This document shows, piece by piece, positions 1 to 12,100 of a DNA stretch of 64,000 nt. The translations under genes were made by a program, and so were the position numbers. Under the pieces are notes generated by a model, which had not been told where the DNA came from, did no database searches, and saw only the letters and a program-made list of their open reading frames with translations. The stretch is taken from NCBI GenBank assembly GCA_028534125.1, contig CM052818.1, positions 9,736,001-9,800,000 of the forward strand, given 5' to 3'. This DNA comes from Lama glama. Lineage: Eukaryota. The stretch's first letter is position 1, and every line of letters starts with the position of its first letter.

Positions 1-689
1 ATATCATATTGTACAAATTAGCAGTGGTGTAGGAATAATTTATTACCCTGCCCTTCTCTAGAAATGCACTTGAAATTTCCCACACACCAAAGGTTTGTCA
101 TTCGATCTTCTCTTCAGATAGTCTTCACCAAATTATTCTTAGGAATCCATGGTTCCTTTTCTCTTCTTTTTCTTTCATTGTCTCTATCTCTTTCTCACCT
201 TTCCCTCTCTCCTCCCCCTTCCCTCCCTGCCGTCCTCTCCCCCTCCAGTCCTCTCTTCCTTCCTCCCTCCCTTCCTTCCAAATACTACATCAAAGTGTCC
301 TAATAAAAATGTTGGCAGGATTTAAACTGGACAGGATTTACAGTCCAAGGGCCCCTGCCTTTCTCCTTTCGAAACCCTTTCCTCAAAACATCTTACTGCA
401 TTTTGTTGTTGGGTGTGTGGTTTGATCTGCCTTGATACTTATTTGCCTTCATGTCTTGCACACATGTTAAGCACCATTCCTAGCTAGAAACTGGCCTCGT
501 GCGGATGCTGTTCCGTTCTCAGATTCACAACAAATCACCTTCCTTAAACTTTTAGACTAAAACTAGAACTGAAAGTTTGGAAGGGGCAAGGCTTGAGGAA
601 ATCCCCTTTCTCCTTGCTGTATCTCTCAAAATTATTTCCTTTGTCCTGAGGCAGAGGATGTACAGAGGCAGGTTGAGCAATTGCCTGGA

Positions 690-1235
690 TTTTTATAATA
701 GCCTCCTAAAAGCTGTCCCTGCTTCCATGCTTGTCCTCTGCCACTTTAAAAAGTAAGTTAATTTGTGTCCTTTCTTTCCTTACCTTCCTGTGTCTCCCCA
801 TCTCCCTCAGAATAAAATCAAGTCCTTTAATTGCCTGCAAGGGCCTGTACTGGCCCTGCCCTACCACTACACCTTAGTTCACTGACTTCATCACTTGATA
901 CTTGTTTTCTTCCCTGACTATTCCAGCCACATTGGGCACAGCAGGCATACTTCTGCCTCAGGGCCTTTGCATTGCTGTTCTCTCTGCCTAAAATGTTGTC
1001 CCTCAGATGTATGCATTCCCCCACCTCCTTCATACCTTTTTTCAAGTATTTCCTTCTCAGTGAGGCTTTCCCCCCACTACCCTATTTAAAATTGCACATT
1101 GCTCTTATTCCATTCCCCTTTCCTGTTTTACTTTTCTCCACTTGACTGCATTAACAAGGGGAGGGATTTGTGTCTGTTTTGTCTACCAGTACATGCCTAA
1201 CAAACATGGGCACACAACAGCTATTTGTCATTGAG
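690..1235. mobile_element. L2 remnant
   Basis: agaataaaatcaagtcctt...cctcagggcctttgcattgctgttctctctgcct; boundaries approximate. Confidence 0.6.
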
Positions 1236-4138
1236 TGTGGTCACCCTGAACCACATCCAGCATGTGTTGCCCAGGTCCCTAGCATCAGCAGTGGTAATTT
1301 ATATCTACCCAGTGATCAGAGTAAAAGGAAGAAATGGAGAGTGAGAGGAAGGAGGTCTTTCCTTCTCCTCCACCTTTCAGAGGCCCTCATACTTCTTTGC
1401 TGAAAGAACACAGAACCTTTGAGGTTGAGGTATTTTACATACAGAAAGAAAGAGTGAGAAGGTTATGTTCCATAAGCAATGTGGTTCTAGTCCCCTTTTC
1501 ATTTCTAATGGTGTTTGTTGTTGCTAAAGTTCAGTAAGTACTTTTAAAACTTTTTTCCTTATGTACCCTTCTCCAGCCCCAAAATAATTTTGAGAAACTG
1601 TGTACCCCCTCACATATTTTTAAATTAACATCAGAAATGTTTCACTGTAAGTTTAAATGTTATCAAATAACACTGCTTTTAAAAATGTTTCCATTGGAAG
1701 TATTCACAGGTGAAATTATTTCTGAGGGTTTTTTTTTAACTCCAGCCCACCATTCTTTACAAAAACAAAAACAAAAGTAATAGAGATAGATAAAACAAGA
1801 TTGGCAAAATGTTGATAATTTGAACCTGGCTTGAAGGGTACGTGGGAATTTATGCATTATTTTTTCCACTTTTGTGGTTTCTTACTTTCACGATAGAGAT
1901 TTTCTTCAAATGACTAGTGATCTCTGTCCATTCATTTAAACATAGAACATTAAACAGTGTTTGAAAGTCATGTGTTTATGGAGTGGAAGGATGGTGCTTG
2001 TTGACTGGGTTTTACTGGAGAAGAATAGGTAATAAACTGACTTTTTATATGGAAGAACCGTATCACATTATATGAAAAATTTCCATCAGAAACCATCCAG
2101 TTTATCCAAAGAAGAATCCTCTAATCTCCCATCCAGAAAGGTATAACCTAGGCAGCCTCTCAGGGTAGCCAAGAGCAGGGCAGGAAAGGGGGCTGCAGGT
2201 CTCTGTTCAGCCTGTAAACTCTCACTGACCCCCTCCTCTTCCTTGCAGGGCTTCACCAGCTGTCCTCTTGCCCAGGGCTCCTGAGTATAGACACCTCTAA
2301 TTCAATTTCCCAGAATGTAAATCTCTTGCTTGGTGTCAGGGAGGGGACTTGGGGGTCTATCCGTTCTTTATACAAGCTTCAGCCATTCCCTCTCGTTTTA
2401 GCCCATGTTTCACCCTCTGTTGTCTCAGGCTTCCAGGCCTCTGCTTTGCTGACACTGAGGGATCTGCTTCCTGGGCTCTGCTACGTTTCGCTCCTGCGTC
2501 CCGTTTCGCTCCTGCGTCCCCTTTCTGTCGTGTGTTGAGAGTTGGAGTGATATGAATATTCTTATTTAATTGCAGGTGGAGTTTCCTTTTCTGTTTTCAT
2601 TCCCCTGACTTTGACATGATTTTCCAGAGAAGTGGGCAAAAAGGGCTTTTGTCCACCGTCTTGAAGACAAAAGTCTGATTATTTTTTGTAACATTCTTTT
2701 AGTGTATTTAAAAAGTAATATCTAAAAATTAATTTTTTTAACTTAATAAATTCTTATCCCTAAGAATACATTTAGTGCAAATCAAGTTCAACAGAGGGAA
2801 TGATTCCAGTTTTGTAATTTTCCTGTGATAATTTGGAATAATTTTCAGATACTTCTCTTTATAGAGTTTTCGAGTTATTTTTTGAAGAGAGCTTTTCCAA
2901 CCATTAGTAGGTTCTCAGCAATTAACAATTCGTTTGTCTCCTTGGTATTCTAAAACTTACAGTTTACCTTTAAAAGCTGTTTGTCTTGGTAGTTGTTTTG
3001 AAGTAAAATTGAATTTATGACTCCTGAAGTTGAGCACGTTGATGCATTGAAGCCTCTTGAATCTGCAGGTTCACTTCACACTAACTGGCATTTCAGTGAG
3101 GATGCTAGTTCTCTAAAATCAAATTCTAGGAGGAAACACATTTGCACCCTCAGCCACACCCAGTTGCTAACAGGTATTTGTTGAGACGTCTTTGCTTCAC
3201 TGATGCTTTGAACTCTAGAGTTACCTAAAATTCACTTGTCAAGTTATCCCCTCGTTAGCACATGACCCTGAAGGACAAGACTGAAGCACGTCTGTCTTTA
3301 CATCTGTATCAGAGCCTCTTACTGCAGCTGTGCTAAATTTTCTGACCCTTCCCTCCACCGCCACTGCTACCCCGCTTTCCCACCCCCATAGGACTTCCTC
3401 TTGTGATTATTTGCGATCAGATCCTTCAGAGGTAGGCAAACATCAGCATCTGGAGTATTGGAAAAATGTGGTGGAAAGTCTCCTTTTTAAAATTCACAAA
3501 ACAGAAATAGTATTCTCTTGAAAACTGGGTCAGTAGAGCTGTACCTAATTTGACCCTGCAGATTTATTCTATCTTTGCTGATTTGTCCTAGCTTTTCTCC
3601 TCTTGCCTTGTCAGAAACAAAATATTCAACCTTTTTTTAATGTTATCTAAAAGTTTTTATTGCCAACAGTAGTAGGAAAAGCTGAAGTGAGAAGGTTTTA
3701 TGTCTCACGTCATTTTCTTTTTTTCTCAACCCTGGAGGGAAAGATAATGTAGAGGATTGGAGTGGGTTTTTAAACATGACTGACAGAACTTTTATTTATC
3801 AAAGGAGACACCCAGACTCAGTGTGTTAGTCATTACATCACAGGTCTGACACCAGAGATTCTGTGAAGCAGTGAGGAGGCGTGGGGGTAGCTAAGTGGTA
3901 GAGTCAGGAGTGGTTCTAGGAGTGTATTCGCCCTCCCTCTCTTTTGACACGAGGTGAGGACTGGGCTCTAGTGAGGTAGGTGCCTAAAGTATTGCAGGCT
4001 GGGGGGTGGGGAGGAGGAGGAGAAGCAAATCTTAGGCAGTTTTGCTGGGTGGGAAGAGGGAAGAAGAGTTTCTCGTGTTACTGATAGCATTATTCAGCCT
4101 AATTCCTAACTGGCTATTTGTGTGCAAGAAAAATACAT

Positions 4139-4184
4139 GTGCGTGCGTGTGTGTGTGGGTGTGTGTGTGTGTGGGTGTGTGTGT
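4139..4184. repeat. Imperfect (GT)n microsatellite
   Basis: gtgcgtgcgtgtgtgtgtgggtgtgtgtgtgtgtgggtgtgtgtgt. Confidence 0.9.
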
Positions 4185-4825
4185 TAGGAAAAGAAGAAGG
4201 AGCCGGGGGTAATACTTCTAGCTGCCCAAACAACTGTTGTCATTGCCCTGTTGGTGCAAGTGTCTATTTATATTATCTTCATTATTATAAATCAGTCCAA
4301 GAGATGTATGAGATTCAAAAGACTTTAGAGTTTTAAGGGTATTAGTGGTAATTTAGAAACCCCAACATCACTGCTGATCACCAAGTCCTGCCGATCTGTG
4401 TCTTCATTATCTCGTAAAGCTGCCGCCTCCTCTTCATTCCTACCACCACTGCCATATATATTATTTTTTACTTGAATTACTGCTTTATTTTACCAAAAGT
4501 CTTCATTTCCCTTAGTTCCTATCTTCTTCCTCTAATTCACACTGCAACCAGCATGAGCATTCCTGAAGACAAGAGTGATCATGCTACTTCATTGCTTAAA
4601 ATCCTTCTGTGGCACCATATTGCCACATATTGTGTAAAACTGAAACCCCTTGACATGGGTACAGTAGTTTTATGATCTGAGTCCTGCGTCCTCTTTTGCA
4701 CTTTGCAGCCACACATCCTCAACTCTTTAGGGACCACTAACTTACAGTTCCCAGAGCCTTCCTGATATTCTGTGGCCTTTGCACTACAAGATTTCTTCTG
4801 TTTGGAACATACTTTTCCCATTCTT

Positions 4826-5325
4826 TTTTTTTTGTTGTTGTTACTGATAGCATTATTGAGCCTAATATGTTGTTGGGTTTTCTCTCAATTCTTTTTTTTT
4901 AAACAAAAACATTTTTTATTGAGTTATAGTCATTTTACAATGTTGTGTCAAGTTCCAGTGTAGAGCACAATTTTTCAGTTATACATGAACATACGTATAT
5001 TCATTGTCACATTTTTTGTCGCTGTGAGCTACCACAAGATCTTGTATATATTTCCCTGTGCTATACTGTATAATCTTGTTTANNNNNNNNNNNNNNNNNN
5101 NNNNNNNNNNNNNNNNNNNNNNNNNNNNNNNNNNNNNNNNNNNNNNNNNNNNNNNNNNNNNNNNNNNNNNNNNNNNNNNNNNATACGTATATTCATTGTC
5201 ACATTTTTTGTCGCTGTGAGCTACCACAAGATCTTGTATATATTTCCCTGTGCTATACTGTATAATCTTGTTTATCTATTCTACATTTTGAAATCCCAGT
5301 CTGTCCCTTCCCACCCCCCACTCCC
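4826..5325 (-). mobile_element. 5'-truncated young L1 3' end with an extra 3' segment, inserted into an L2-like remnant; spans the assembly gap
   Basis: L1 3'UTR-like sequence with AATAAA and poly(A) on the minus strand; 16-bp TSD with one mismatch (TACTTTTCCCATTCTT 4810-4825 / TACTTTCCCCATTCTT 5326-5341). Confidence 0.8.
5083..5182. other. Assembly gap (100 N) flanked by an identical 92-bp repeat
   Basis: 4991-5082 is identical to 5183-5274. Confidence 0.95.
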
Positions 5326-6435
5326 TACTTTCCCCATTCTTCATCCAGTTAATTCTAAATAGCTGATCCTTCAAAGCTCAGATTAGGTGTCACTTCTCCT
5401 ACAAGACTGAGCTGAGGATGTCTTAAATGTCCCTTCAAAATATGTCCCTGTCACAGTCCCCACCACTCTGTATTTTAATTTTTATTAATACTATTAATCA
5501 CTATTATTAATATTTTATTATCATTTTACTTACATTTATTCTCTCCTAGTTCATGAGTTCCCTTATGAGCACGATCTTTCACGTGTTTTCTCAGTAAAGA
5601 TATCACCACATAGGAGGTAGCCTGAAAAATAATGAAGCATTGAGCCCCTTCATCTTATAGTTGAGAAACCAAGGCTCAGAGAGGTAAGCCACCTTGCAAA
5701 GTGATCACACAATATTTAGAGGCATAACCTGCATTTTAGTCTAGTGTTGGTTTCCTTCTTTCAGAAATTAAAGATTCAGGTTTCTGTAAGGGCCAGATAG
5801 GCAACAAATATGAGAAAAGTGGGTTATCTTTTTTATAGTCATTCCAACATCTTTCTGGATCATATGCCTGTCTCACACTATATTTTCGCATGAATGATAA
5901 AGAAATATTTTAGTGTAAGAAATATTTTATTTTCCTCTAAAGCTATCATATAAGAAAAAAGGTAGTGTAAAGATAGTGGTTATATTGTGACTTGATGAAT
6001 TATAGAAGATGGAATGTTGTTTCTTCTTTGCACTGTCATGGGAATTTGTATATACACAGTGTGGCACTTCATGTTATAGTTTCAGTCTTTGGATTTGTGC
6101 CCTGGCTTGGCACCCCAAATCTGCTGACCTTTCCAGTTTCATCTCTAGTCATTGAACCTCCGCTCACATTTATGTACATACATACATACCCTAAGCTCCA
6201 ACTTTACTGAATTGTAATTCCCCAACATGTCATTTTTAATGCCCCTCTCTGCCTGTCCTTCCTTCCTGCCACCTCTGCTTGAATCAGCCTCAATCCCTGG
6301 CCCTGCTGTCACCACTCCCATTGTTTGGTGCTGGATGAATTCAGCTCAGAAGTTCAGAGTTCAACTCAGAACTCTAAGTTAAAAGCCATTCCCAGGCATA
6401 GAGTTTCCATGATATGTGTATAAAGGTATATCCTC

Positions 6436-6457
6436 TGTGTGTGTGTGTGTGTGTGTG
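6436..6457. repeat. (TG)n microsatellite
   Basis: tgtgtgtgtgtgtgtgtgtgtg. Confidence 0.9.
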
Positions 6458-9110
6458 AATGAGACCAGAGTGCACAAGCACTTCAACAAGCATGTTATTC
6501 ACCTGCCCCATTTAGCAAAGCAGGGTCTAGGATTAAATCCTGTGGCTCCTGAATTTTCAGGAGGTGACATACTGCCTTTGGTATCAAATTTGATTAAACT
6601 TGATAATGTTAATGCCATATGGTTCTGAGGGGGAGGAAGAATTAAATTGCTTACTCTAGAGAATGATTTTTTTTCCACTGACTAAGGAATAGAACATTTA
6701 TTAAAATTATCTTGGTGACCTGAAAGGGAGAAATGAAGTTCTTTTTCCTCAGCAGAAGCAGGTCCAGGGCATTATTAGCACATGGTAAGAATTGAATAAT
6801 TGAGCAACACTGACTTCTTTGGGATTCAGCCTTCCAGCCCCTGCTGTGTGATTAGTTCTGTCCAACCTGCTGGTATGCTTGAGCAGGGAGCCTGCAGAGG
6901 ATTAAGAAGGAAAAACCCTGTAGCAAATCTCACGTACTGAAGACATTTGATTTAATTTTACATGTTACACATGGTAATCTGGTTTCCATTGGCAACCCCC
7001 AGCTCTGCCCTATTTTATAATCAGAGGATGGCAGGATAGATTGCAGATTTGATGGCATCACCTGGAAGTGATCATATAGAACAGAGTTTACCTCAAAAGA
7101 GGGGAGAAAAAGATCACTAAAAAGGACAGAAGAATCTGAGTCCCCTTAAAAAAGAAAAAAAAAGAGGACAGATAGTTCTCTATAGCTCAGATACCCATGA
7201 GGATTTCATTGACAAGGAAGGTTTCAGAACTACTTATAGCAGAGCCATTTGGGATGTGGGGGAAAGGGATCAAGCCTTGTAAATCTTTAAAGGGCTGTAA
7301 TTTTATTATTTATGAATTGTGGATAAGGTTTTAATTCAAAAATGGCAATAATAGTTACCATTTATTAAGTACATGCCAGAAACCCTACTTGGTTCTTTAC
7401 ATACACAATTTCATTAAATCCTCATAATTTCTCTGCAAGGGGAATATTACTATATATTACTGTCCCTTTATAGATGAGGAAACAAGTATTTAAGGTATGG
7501 AAGCTGAAGAGGAATGGTGGGGCAACATTAACTCCAAGGTTTCAACTTTAGGAGACCATTATTTTTTTCTATGATCTCAATGTCTTAATAAGTCTTAATA
7601 GCTTCTGTTACAAAACAATATACTAATTAATGTTCATTAGTGATGACCTTTAGCCATCCAGAAATGTTTAATTACAATCATCTTAGTCTAAATCTCTCAT
7701 TTTACACATTAGGAACCTGAGTACCAGAAATCCAGTAAAGCCTAAAGCAAGGTCTTCTGATCCCTCGTAATTTGTGTATTATTACCATGCCTGTACACTT
7801 TCAAAGAGGGCTTGAGTAAAGAAAGGGAATGAAAGAAGGAAGGGGTCCTGCAGCACTATAAATGGTATTAGTTTGGGTTAGCAAAGTAAACAAGTCAGAA
7901 GATACTGATGAGACACTTAGGCATTGGGAACAGTTCTAGTTCTTACCTAGCTAGTGATTAGTTTATTCTGCTTGGCTCATGTCTGAACCAAGTAATGCAA
8001 CTAATGTTTCCGAATGATCATAAGTCTTTAAAATTCTCTGGTGTCCCACCAGCCATTTGAAGTTTAAAAGGACAGGGCTCTACATATGAACCACAACAGC
8101 TGTCGGCCTGTCTATCTTCAGGTCTTGAAATGGGGGTGACTGGCCATTTTTGTGACATGTAGAAGCAGGGACTACATATGGTATTTTATTGACTTAACAC
8201 ATGTATGCTTCTGTCATGTTCACAAAATGCCGTATATGAGGCATGCATTACATTTTTTAAGGTGAAAACTTTAGGAGTCTAATGGCAAACTGAGAAATCT
8301 TAGTGTCATACATTTACTATGCAAAGCATTTTACGTGAATTTGATTTAATCTTCATAACAACCATGACTGTGAATGCTATTGTCTTCACTGTGGCAATAT
8401 TTTCAGCCTTTTATTAATCCTTCCCAGAGCATTTTCTCTAACATTTTATGAGAATTTTCAAAACTACAGCAAAGTTGAAAGAATTGTACAGTGAAAACCC
8501 ATACACCCACCTAGATTCTCTACTTGTTGCTATTTTTCTCTGCTTTATGATCTATCTAGCCATTAGTTTATCTACCTGCCCATCTTAGTTTTTGTTATAT
8601 TCCGGAGTTACAGACATTGGTACATTTTACTCCTGAACACTTACATGTGTGTATCATTAATCAGTTTAAAATGTGTTAGCCTTATGAAAAAAACAAAAAC
8701 AAAAAACTGAGTCCTTCAATTCTGTTTTGGGGATACAGCATGTACTCAGTCACTTTGGGCTTTCCCCGATGAAACAGTAAGATATTTTAAGAAAAAAATG
8801 CAAGCTACTCATGTTAAAAAACACTTGTAAGTCATTAATGAGAAATAGACATCTGTCGGGAGGAGGGGATACCCCTGTTGAATTCCTAGGCCCCAGCAAG
8901 CTAGCATTGCAAAGTGACATCTTAACCTCATTTCTGATTTTAAATGAGATTGAGGTCATTGCCACATTTCTCAACACTGACTCCTCTCCTGAAAAGGAGA
9001 GTTTGATTAGCAAATTACTCAAGCACTTTGGTAATGATATTGGAACCGAATTTCAATGAACCTTTTTTACCCTTTTCTCTTCTTCCTGGGTGTGACTAAA
9101 TTGCCTACAG

Positions 9111-9145
9111 CATGCTGCATGGTTGCTGGTAAAACAGGAAATGGG
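9111..9145 (+). CDS. PUS10: PUS10 coding exon (HAAWLLVKQEMG)
   Basis: ctacag|CATGCTGCATGG...ATGGG|gtaagt; 35 nt. Confidence 0.93.
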
Positions 9146-12100
9146 GTAAGTAATTTAGGGAATTTTTACTACCATTTAAATATAACCTACCTGATTCTTA
9201 AAGTACTTTTACTACTACTATCTCTTTTTTTTTTTAGAGTGAGTTCACTAGCGACTAGAGAAATTGTCACAAGGAGAAAATTTTTATTGTATGTATTTAG
9301 TTGTCAACCTTGCTTGATTTTTTTGCACAGTATATTAGTAGTCTATTAAAGCAGATTCATTTTTTATAGATTTATTATGAATGTAAATCATATTTTATAT
9401 GCATTAGGCACTCATATAATGTAGTTTGGCAAGCTATTTTAAAGGAACACATTTTACACTGGTCTTAGAAACTAAATTATAAAACTAATTATGCTATTAA
9501 AAAAATACATAGTAAAGCCTTACTTAAGGCAGAACACCAGTGAGTTTATACAAAGTTAAGACTAGAAAACATAGGTCCACAGTCCTTTATCTGAAACCCT
9601 TGGTGCCAAGTGTGTTTTGGAACTTAGAATTGTTTAGATTTTTGGAAATGTGGTGTTAAATGCCATATGTAACATACCCCTCTCCTCCAGGGTCTGGGGG
9701 TACTATAGAATCAAACACATTAATATTTCTGCAGTGAAACATGTGAATAGTCACACTAAATTCAGTAAAGTCTAAACAGCCTCACGTGTTCAAGTCAGTT
9801 TGGTTGCCAACTGAGTTAAGAAAAAAATCTTTAGTTTCCCAGAGCTTTCTGGATTTTGGAACTAAAAGTTTTATACTCTTATGAAAAGAGCCACGTGACC
9901 ACTGGAGGTTCCTGTGTACCCTGGAAAGAAAACCAAAGAAAGAAATACAGATTTCTGTATTAGAATTTCATACTTGGTGATTTATAGGAAAGGTAATTGA
10001 TTTGGCTTTTGTGTGTGTGTTGTATTTTGTATCTTCATTTTTAAAAGGATAATAACCACATATTTATCAAAGGTTTCGGGGTCCTGTTAGATTAAATAAA
10101 TCTCCAAGTCTTGTGATTCTGGCATAATAAAATTTGATCCTACGTTTGAGAAATTTGTTAGCGTAGTCAGCGTATGCTACTTTTTTTTTTTTTTGCTTCC
10201 AGTTTCCATCCATGTTGCTTGCTGTTGTTGTTTCTTATTGAAGGATTTTAAACTAAGCTGAGTTCTTAACGCTCCTGATCAATGCAGAGATACTAGAAAA
10301 TAAAAATATATATATAGAATACTAGTCTTTCCTTCAGTGTCCCTAGTTCATTCTAATATAAAAGACTGTGGAGGGATTGTCATTAAAGAATTGATTCGTG
10401 GTATTTAGGGGAAGATGGTTCATCTTTGCTCTGGAATGGTTGTCCTGTTGTATCTACAGCAAAGGTGATTGCAGTTGAGCTCCTCATCAGTAGATATCTG
10501 ACAGAGGAGAGAAGGAAATGCAGTTACTAAGGATTAAATTGGTGCTGAATTCACTTTAATGATTCCTCTAGGACCATCAGTCGTAAGTTAAGGGCCTCTG
10601 TGAAAACATGTACCCTAAACTATACAGAAATGTTATTAGCCACATTCAATTTGCAGGATTGAAAATCTGGCATTTTAAGTATTGTACTTTTGCCTTAAAT
10701 GTGAGGATAAGATTTCCAAAATGTCTGTTAACCCTTTCCTATAACTCTTTAATCTGGAAGGAAAAAATATTTGTAGTTGAAGTTTTAAACTGGACTAAAA
10801 TGCTCTAAATGTATCAAAGACTATGAAGGATTTAAAATACCAGTTTTCTTAAATACATAATAAGTAATGTTTTAACCCATTTTTAGGATTGACGTTGGCT
10901 GCAACCCTTTGTACTCTCTAGAGTCCAAATAATTTTTAGAGTTTTTCATTCTTGTGTTTTCTGTTTCAACTTGTTATTCTTTAAAATGTGTGCTTATACC
11001 TTAATTATTTACTTTTTAACTCTGATGCTATTTTATGCAAATATCATTAGTTAAACTGTTGATACAATATCAAGATATCCTTTCAAAATACCTGAAATGT
11101 TTCCCATATTCAGAGAATTAGGAACAGTTTATGAAGCTCGAACACTTAGTGTTTGAATAAGTCCTTAAATGTAAAGAAGTGATTTAATTTTTTGTCAGAT
11201 GTAGGATTTATTTACCAGGGTATTTCGTTGTTAAGCCACAATCCCAGAGCATATGAGTGCATTCTGTTTAAGCAGTTATATTCTCAGCTGGAATAAGAAT
11301 GGGTAAATTAACTATTTCTTAATTTGTATTTTTAGAGGAATATGGTGTCTCTCTCTCTATCTGTATCTATATATCTATATATCTATATGTTTTTGATCAA
11401 TTAAATTTAGCTATTAGCTGAATTACTTTTTGTTTTCTACCTATAGTTAGTAGCATCTTTTGGTCTTGAAGAATTAAATTACAATGGGTATTGACTATAA
11501 GTAGTCCTTTCTATCAGTGAAACTTTAAAGAAAGGATTCACAAATTGGCTTAAACATCTCTTTTGTTAAAAAAAAAAAAGTCCTGTTAATAGCCATAGGA
11601 CTGATGTGAAGTTTTAATTATTTGAATGATATGGACCTGTTAGTTTATTAGTGACATTGCAGAGTAGAGTTGTTTTAATATTACCATACCATGTTTTTCT
11701 TGCCTTTGAGCTCAGTTTCTTTGTATCTCAATTTTAGGTTTCAAACTAAAAGCTCGAAATCATAATTGGGACTTCCCCAAACCTATTTATTGGCTTATGA
11801 GTAGATTTTGGGGGGAATGTCAGATTTTTATTCAGACATTTATATAATATTAAGTTGATAAGCATTTTAGAACATTGATACTTTAGGATTTAATTCTTCT
11901 TCTTTAGTAGTGAAGAAAAGTACAGCTTTTACATTGATTTCCCCAAAGCCCCCATTATGAGGAAGAGAGTAGATGCAAAGATTTTTTTTGGTCTGGATGA
12001 GATTATTGTAATATACAGTGTTGTAGTTTCTGAGCAATAAACAATCCCATCTGTTCCCCCTTTCCATCTTCTGATGTGTAAGTCTTGGAATCTGGCAATT

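Noticed and set aside
597..606. Isolated kB consensus (GGGGATTTCC on the minus strand)
   Set aside because: A single 10-mer without supporting context is expected by chance.
4979..5362. ORFs with an internally repeated peptide
   Set aside because: Artefact of translating through the N gap and its duplicated flanks.
1..9110. Search for upstream PUS10 exons or a nested gene in the first 9 kb
   Set aside because: I found no sequence matching the PUS10 N-terminal region and no ORF with credible homology; treated as intron.
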